Virus record (IMG/VR): IMGVR_UViG_3300014501_000013
Span: 1-64,000 of that record
DNA length: 64,000 nucleotides
From: a virus
Reading direction: 5' to 3' (one strand)
The notes below the pieces were generated by a model, which had not been told where the DNA came from, ran no database searches, and saw only the letters and a list, made by a program, of their open reading frames with translations. Both the position numbers and the translations under genes were made by a program. Positions 58,551 to 64,000 of this stretch are shown in pieces. Position 1 is the stretch's first letter, and the number at the start of each line of letters is the position of its first letter.

Positions 58551-59059
58551 AGCGCACACTCATAGCTGCGTTGATCGTTGGGCTTGCTCTGTTCGGGCAG
58601 ACGGCACCCGGACCCATCGGCAACCTCACGCTCACGGTGGGAGGCGTTGCGCTGACGGGCATCACCAGCCTCACGCTGAGCGCTGGAACGGGCACCGTGG
58701 TGAGTTGCCTCCCAAGCCCCTGCGCGGTGAGTGCTGGAGGCGCCCTGACGGTGCAGGTTTCGGCTAACACCGCTGTCGTCCTTTCCTACCCGGACGCCAT
58801 GGCCGCAGCGCCGTTCGACTGCGTCTCAACCAGCGGGACCATCGCCAGTGTCTGCAATCTCAAGGTAGCGCCCACCGTACCGCCGGTCTTCGTGGCGCTG
58901 ACGACCTCGGTAAACTGTCCCGGCGCTTGTTCGCTGAATGTGAGCAATACCGGGATCAAGGCTATCAAGACGAACGCGGCTGGAGCGACGGATGCTACGG
59001 TGATGGCCGGGACACATCTGCTCCGTTACGACGGCACGGTTTATAGGCTTTTGCTTTAG
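58547..59059 (+). CDS. Secreted protein with a tail-fibre domain
   Basis: MKRTLIAALIVGLALFG|Q; SLNVSNTGIKAIK...LRYDGTVYRL domain also present inside 47723..52141; 6 Cys. Confidence 0.7.
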   Translation: MKRTLIAALIVGLALFGQTAPGPIGNLTLTVGGVALTGITSLTLSAGTGTVVSCLPSPCAVSAGGALTVQVSANTAVVLSYPDAMAAAPFDCVSTSGTIASVCNLKVAPTVPPVFVALTTSVNCPGACSLNVSNTGIKAIKTNAAGATDATVMAGTHLLRYDGTVYRLLL

Positions 59060-59082
59060 AGGAAAATGGGCCATAATTAGCC

Positions 59083-59451
59083 ATGTACACATATTCCCAA
59101 AGCACCGGCCAACTCACCGATGCCGGAGGCGTACTGATCGGAACCGGATTTTCCGGTCATGACGTGGGGATGAATAACCCGCAAATGCAGAACGTTAAGG
59201 GCGTGGGCCCTTTGCCGCAGGGTCGCTATACTATTGGGGCACCGAGGGACTATCCGGGAACGCTCGGGCCGCTTGTGATGGCGCTCCTTCCAGATCCGGC
59301 AAACGAGATGTTCGATAGATCGGGTTTTTATTTTCATGGAGCTTCGGCAGTCCACTACTCGGAATCGAGTGACGGTTGTATCGTGCTTCCGTTACTGGTT
59401 CGCCTGGAGATCTCGCAAAGTGGCGACAAAGCGCTTCAGGTGACCGCGTGA
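59083..59451 (+). CDS. Tlde1/DUF2778 (L,D-transpeptidase fold) protein, candidate endolysin
   Basis: YSQSTGQL...G.SG....NNP..Q....GPLPQG.Y.I...RSGFYFHG......SSDGCIV. Confidence 0.85.
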   Translation: MYTYSQSTGQLTDAGGVLIGTGFSGHDVGMNNPQMQNVKGVGPLPQGRYTIGAPRDYPGTLGPLVMALLPDPANEMFDRSGFYFHGASAVHYSESSDGCIVLPLLVRLEISQSGDKALQVTA

Positions 59452-59491
59452 TGCCTCAGGTTGTGGCGGCGATTCAGGCGGCGAGGGGCGC

Positions 59492-59806
59492 ATGACGCCC
59501 ACGGCAGCACAGTCGCTCTGGACGGATGGATACTGCACGAAATGCTATCGGCTTCTGTTGATTCGCGTTAGTTGTGATCCGCACTCACTAGAATGTCCAG
59601 AGTGTGGAATGACAACACTGAAAATAGGGCGACCGGCCAAGGGAAGGAAACTAAAGGTGTTTCGTTTGACTGGCCTTTGTGCTAAGTGCGGATTGCCAAG
59701 CCAATCTGTCTTTTGTTCAAACCTTTGTGAGGCGTTGTATCGCGCGTGGAGACTTGGGACTGATGAATCTCAAAAAGGAGAAGTAGGGCAAACTAGGGAC
59801 GTTTGA
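59492..59806 (+). CDS. Zn-finger hypothetical protein
   Basis: CTKC, CPEC, CAKC, FCSNLC; lower GC than neighbours. Confidence 0.55.
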   Translation: MTPTAAQSLWTDGYCTKCYRLLLIRVSCDPHSLECPECGMTTLKIGRPAKGRKLKVFRLTGLCAKCGLPSQSVFCSNLCEALYRAWRLGTDESQKGEVGQTRDV

Positions 59807-60388
59807 TCCAACGCAACATTAGCCCCATGATCGCCACCACCTACTTCGATGGCCTGGGCAGCGCCATCTGGTACAACCTGCGCCCGCTAGTCTGGTTCGC
59901 GCTTGGAGTCGTGGTAGTGGTCGGAGGGCTGGTTGTGTGGGGCGTGCTGGCGGCGAAGAAGGGGAAGGTCACAGAGATATGATCGGAGGTTATTTGTGAA
60001 AGACATCATTGAACAGGTTTTGAGCCAGCAAATCGATTTCTCGATCTATCCACCAGGCGGGCCAACTGCAAATATCGTGGCCCAAAAGATCGTCGATGCC
60101 TTGGGGCCTTACGCACGAATCGATGATATCGGCAGCAGAACTGAGTACGAGAAATCAGCAAGTTGACTGAAGCTGTAAAGGAGAAATATGAGTCACACGA
60201 AGCACGAGGAGATCGAGCGCGAACGCGAGCGCAACCTGGAGGCTCAACGTAAGGGAACCCCCATCGAACGATACACCAGACAATTCGGAAAGGCACCGCG
60301 GTACGGGCCATTCGGCAATTATCCGAATCGCATTGTCGGAGATGGCACGATAGTTGTGGCTGGATGGCGGTAAACAAAGGAAAATGAC

Positions 60389-60556
60389 ATGGGACTGATA
60401 TTGCTGATTGTGATTCTCTTTCTGGTGTTCGGCGGCGGAGGTGGCTACCTTACGCGCGCCAACCCGAACTATGGTTACTGGGGCGGTGGCGGATTCGGCA
60501 TAGGCGCGCTCTTGGTCATCCTGCTCGTGCTCTATTTGATGGGGGTATTCCGGTAA
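60389..60556 (+). CDS. DUF3309-like small two-TM protein
   Basis: Hand-translated MGLILLIVILFLVFGGGGGY...YGYWGGGGFGIGALLVILLVLYLMG. Confidence 0.7.
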   Translation: MGLILLIVILFLVFGGGGGYLTRANPNYGYWGGGGFGIGALLVILLVLYLMGVFR

Positions 60557-60880
60557 TGGGCATCCTTGACCCGAAAGCTGATGCTGCTGCGCTTGACCCC
60601 GTGATCCAGCGCGCCGTCACTGCGCTCGTAGACCAGTTCGTCGCTAAAGCCATTCCGGCGCTGAAAGCCGCTTTGGTCGAGATGCTTACCGAGGTTGCTG
60701 TGACGACGGCGGTCACTAAAAAAGGCACACCATGACTATACGCGATCGAAATGCTCAATGGGCTCCATCGACAGGCCGTTTCATAATCCCGAAGGAAAGT
60801 CCTGGAACAGGCACTGTAATGCAAGCCCAGGTTGCTGCCGTGACGACGGCGGTCGCGAAGAAAGGCAGCGCCTAGAGAAC

Positions 60881-61162
60881 ATGCCCACATTGTCCGAGAA
60901 AGTCGATCCCGTCCTGTTCCTGCTGATCGGCGGCATTATCTTTTTCTCACTCAGCCTGTTCGCCGTCGATCTCTGGTTCAAGCAGGATCAAGCGCTGTTC
61001 AGCGTGCTCTCGTCGCTCGTCTCTGGATTCGCTGGGTCGTTCTTCACGAGGTTAAGGCCGAAGGATGCTCCGACCCCTGCTAGTTCTCCAGACGCAACAG
61101 TGGACACAACTGCGACCACAACGGTGCATACCGAACCGGCGAAGGACCCGGCGAAGCCGTGA
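60881..61162 (+). CDS. Holin candidate (two TM helices)
   Basis: VLFLLIGGIIFFSLSLFAV and LFSVLSSLVSGFAGSFF; located in the lysis region. Confidence 0.5.
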   Translation: MPTLSEKVDPVLFLLIGGIIFFSLSLFAVDLWFKQDQALFSVLSSLVSGFAGSFFTRLRPKDAPTPASSPDATVDTTATTTVHTEPAKDPAKP

Positions 61163-61504
61163 GCGAACCAACCGGTCTCGTAGCGGGCGACCTTAGCATC
61201 GCCTTCCCTGTGCTCGTGGAGCCAGAGTATACCTTAGACGGATACGGGCGCGGTGTCGCTGTCAACGTGGAGGAATTGCTGAGGCTTATCGTTTGCGGAC
61301 TGCGTCTCTCGCCTAATGGAATTGTGCGCCTAACGAAGACGAATGGAAGTAAGCGAATCTGAAAATTCGCGGCTACACTTTTCGCGTGTTGCTGATCGGG
61401 GCGCTGCCTGCATTGGCGATATTGTTTGTGGCGGCGTTCGTGCTGGCCTTGATTGTTGAGTTTTTAGTAGGACTGATGAGGTAGGGAGACGGGCTGAAAA
61501 CCGC

Positions 61505-61909
61505 ATGACAATTGACATATCACACTGGCACATTCCCTGGCTTCCTTCAGGTACGCTGGCAGGCTTCGCAGCCGGCTTTATAGCCATCTTGGCCTTTGAT
61601 CCGACGTGGACAATGGGAAATATCATCACTATCAGCGTGGTGGTTCTCGGCGGCTTGGGCACATTTTATGGCATCATCAGCAAACTCACCAGCGCTCAAC
61701 AAAAACAGGATCAGGCTCTTGAATTGCTGGCGGCGCATCAAGAAGCAGCGATGGGGCTGATGAATCAGTCTGTTGTGCTTCTGAAAGAAACCGCCGTTGC
61801 GATGCAGGCCGTGCTCGGCAAGCAAGGGGACCAGCTCTCAAGTATGGTTATCGAGACTGAAATAAATCGGCGTATGCAAGCTATGGCTCAATCTCAACCG
61901 AAGGTGTAG
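61505..61909 (+). CDS. Membrane protein with coiled-coil tail (holin/antiholin-like)
   Basis: Two hydrophobic segments then a heptad region; last late gene. Confidence 0.5.
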   Translation: MTIDISHWHIPWLPSGTLAGFAAGFIAILAFDPTWTMGNIITISVVVLGGLGTFYGIISKLTSAQQKQDQALELLAAHQEAAMGLMNQSVVLLKETAVAMQAVLGKQGDQLSSMVIETEINRRMQAMAQSQPKV

Positions 61910-62038
61910 GCTCCTCGCCTTTCACCAGCGCTTCGAGCGCACGGGCGATGCGGTCCAACTTATGGATTACGATGCCGAGCGCTACGATAATAGTCACCCA
62001 TCTCACGAATTCGCCAACTACCTGAACTGGATCTGTAC

Positions 62039-62413
62039 TCATTCGACCTCCCCGGCCCGCGCTTGGGGCTGCATCGCGGCGTCAATAACGTGGCGTACCG
62101 ATTGATTCAATTCCAGTTTCTTCCAGGTTTCGTCAGTGACCGCACGCCGTAGCATTAGGGCGGTAAAGTAAAGGTCGCGTTCCATAAGGACCGCGCATCC
62201 CCGCTCGGCCACCAGCACATCGCATCGTTCATCGTTCTGGCGTGTCAATCCAAATGCCAGATTTCGGAAACTGTCTCGTTCTGCAAGAGCCTGAGTGAAT
62301 TGCGTTTGCAGCGCATCGTACTTCTGCTGAAGGGCATCCGCGCGGGCTGTCGCTGCCTCCGTTAATTTCCTCTGCTCTTTAAGTAGACGAGCGGGAAGTT
62401 CCATGTCAGCCAT
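62039..62413 (-). CDS. Coiled-coil hypothetical protein
   Basis: AGGAGG SD; leftward early operon. Confidence 0.6.
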   Translation of the reverse strand: MADMELPARLLKEQRKLTEAATARADALQQKYDALQTQFTQALAERDSFRNLAFGLTRQNDERCDVLVAERGCAVLMERDLYFTALMLRRAVTDETWKKLELNQSVRHVIDAAMQPQARAGEVE

Positions 62414-63169
62414 TCATTCCTCCTTGGCCTCGGGCGCGTCAGGTCTAAACGTAACGTCGTAGCTAGACCAGTGCGTACCGTCATCCGCTTCGTACCACGG
62501 CTCCCCGTGAGGAGCGCCTACTGTTTTCGAGATGCGAGCCCGACGCCTGTAATTGTTTCCGAGAATCCAGCCGGTGCCGAATCCCTCCTTGGCCTCGGGC
62601 GGTGATGGTGACCAAGATGGGTCATCCCATGGTTGCGGCTTGGCCTCGGGCGCTGCGGGCTCCTGAGGAACAGTCGGCGCTGGAATTTGCATGGCAGGGT
62701 CCTCTTTGGCCATCGCTATATATGCCTGCATGACATCGTGTAGCACTGCTAAAGCTTCGTTGACGTCAGCCCCGTGCGCAGTACACCCAGGAAGATCAGG
62801 GATTCTAGCGATTACATCCCCTTCTTCATCCATCGTCAGGGCGACTGCGTATGGGAATTGGAAACATCGAACAGCGGCTTCCGATTCAGGCTTATCGGAT
62901 GCTGCTGGTTGGGCGAGAGCCTGCCGCAACTCCATAACGCGTGGATAGAGAACGTATCCTGCCCCTGTCGTCCACAGACTATTGTGGTAGGTGTTCTCCA
63001 GATGCACGAAGTCGTTATCAATCCGCTTCAACAAGTCCTCCAACTCCGCGACCCGCTTGGAGACGGCGTCGTGGGAGTCGAGCACTCGAAATAATGTATC
63101 TGAACCAAACGAGTGCTTTCGTATCGCCTCCAACTCGGCGTCGGTCAGAATTGGCTTATCGGTCGGCAT
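62414..63169 (-). CDS. Mosaic phage protein containing a HicB-like antitoxin domain
   Basis: YAVALTMDEEGDVIARIPDLPGCTAHG....EAL..L..VM..YI. Confidence 0.7.
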   Translation of the reverse strand: MPTDKPILTDAELEAIRKHSFGSDTLFRVLDSHDAVSKRVAELEDLLKRIDNDFVHLENTYHNSLWTTGAGYVLYPRVMELRQALAQPAASDKPESEAAVRCFQFPYAVALTMDEEGDVIARIPDLPGCTAHGADVNEALAVLHDVMQAYIAMAKEDPAMQIPAPTVPQEPAAPEAKPQPWDDPSWSPSPPEAKEGFGTGWILGNNYRRRARISKTVGAPHGEPWYEADDGTHWSSYDVTFRPDAPEAKEE

Positions 63170-63903
63170 TAGCGCTCTCCTTCATAAAGCTCTCGAATCT
63201 TTTCGCGCAATTCTGCGCTTACTTTTTTGCCTTCACTCCGTTCTAGTGAATCCTCCGTCCAGTTCTGTTCGAGATGGTTAGCGGCCTCCTCTAGCGCTTC
63301 GATACGCGCGTCACGCCGCTGGTCCTCTTTCGTTCTCATTCCGCCCTCCCGTCGCTCCCGGCTTGCTTCAACTGAGCAGGCTGAAAGCAAAACTGTGGCG
63401 GCTTCGGCTTCTCTCGGCATGAGACGGCGCAGAGCAGGGCGAGCAGGCAAAGGGGTTTCATGATGCACCTCACTCTTTTTCTCTTCCATCAAGAAACCAA
63501 AAAGGATCTAAACCGTACATTTCGTACCTCTTCTCTTTATCGAGATAATAGGTCGCGCGCGTCAAATCTCCATTCCTAAGTGCCTTTCTAAACTCGGTAT
63601 TAGCCGGAACAAAAAAATGGATGTGGGTATATACCTTGCGGCTGGTCATAAGGACCGCTAGCCCCAGGGCCAGCAGCGCGAGTGCGGCTCTCATGGATTC
63701 GGCTCCATCTTAGCGTCCTCAATGTTCAAATCAGCGACCCAGCAGGCTACGGTTTTTGTTTCCCGCAGACCGGCGTCGGTCAATCTCACCTCCAATTGCT
63801 TCGACCGATCACAAGCTGATTGTTCGACTACCCACAAGGTATCGACCCATGTTCTACCGCTGGTCTTCATCACAACCGCCCAAACTTTGGGAATTATATA
63901 CAT
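63169..63903 (-). CDS. Small coupled hypothetical genes (63169-63492, 63470-63694, 63691-63903)
   Basis: Overlapping junctions; the start codon of 63691-63903 lies inside an IS terminal repeat. Confidence 0.5.
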
Positions 63904-64000
63904 GACTCCCGTTAGGCTTTCTTTGCATCGGCTTGCCGCTTTCTTTTCGCGCGCCGTTTTGAAGCTTTTGACTTTGGCTTCGGGCGGTAGCGAAGGACTA
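63889..64000 (-). mobile_element. Distal end of a second IS1595-family element (continues beyond the window)
   Basis: GGGAATTATATACATGA (63889-63905) is identical to the first 17 bp of the 6394 TIR; adjacent minus-strand ...VLRYRPKPKSKASKRRAKRKRQADAKKA* resembles the 6417-6542 peptide. Confidence 0.8.

Noticed and set aside
1-64000. Integrase, CI repressor, DNA polymerase, retron/RT, CRISPR array, rRNA
   Set aside because: No supporting motifs seen; lifestyle cannot be determined from this window

Overview
The window is most of a tailed dsDNA phage or prophage genome with podovirus-like (P22-type) organisation. The host is inferred, not shown, to be an Acidobacteriota-like diderm. 1-13.2 kb and 61.9-64 kb carry leftward early/replication genes: a DUF1376-type initiator with internal iterons, a DnaB-like helicase, many small ORFs and an HNH nuclease. 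A complete 2,047-bp IS1595-family transposon with passenger genes (including an adenine methyltransferase) sits at 6394-8440, and a second related element begins at 63889. 13.2-61.9 kb is a rightward late region: putative TerS, accessory genes, TerL, portal, scaffold, major capsid, head-tail/tail-tube-like proteins, ejection-like proteins, a fibre/adhesin block, and a lysis region (Tlde1-type enzyme, membrane proteins). No integrase, DNA polymerase, reverse transcriptase or CRISPR array is visible. The strongest unusual signal is that nine late genes between 36.6 and 59.1 kb, most of them tail-fibre/spike/adhesin-like, start with Sec-type signal peptides, and the seven counted have even numbers of mostly locally paired cysteines. 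This suggests receptor-binding appendages that are exported and oxidatively folded outside the cytoplasm. Other notable items are a circularly permuted histidine phosphatase, a 73-nt tRNA-Ala/tmRNA-TLD-like RNA, antisense leaderless minigenes with promoters inside signal-peptide codons, and Acb2/Tad1-like and HicB-like counter-defence candidates. All family assignments come from motif recognition by eye; no database searches were run.
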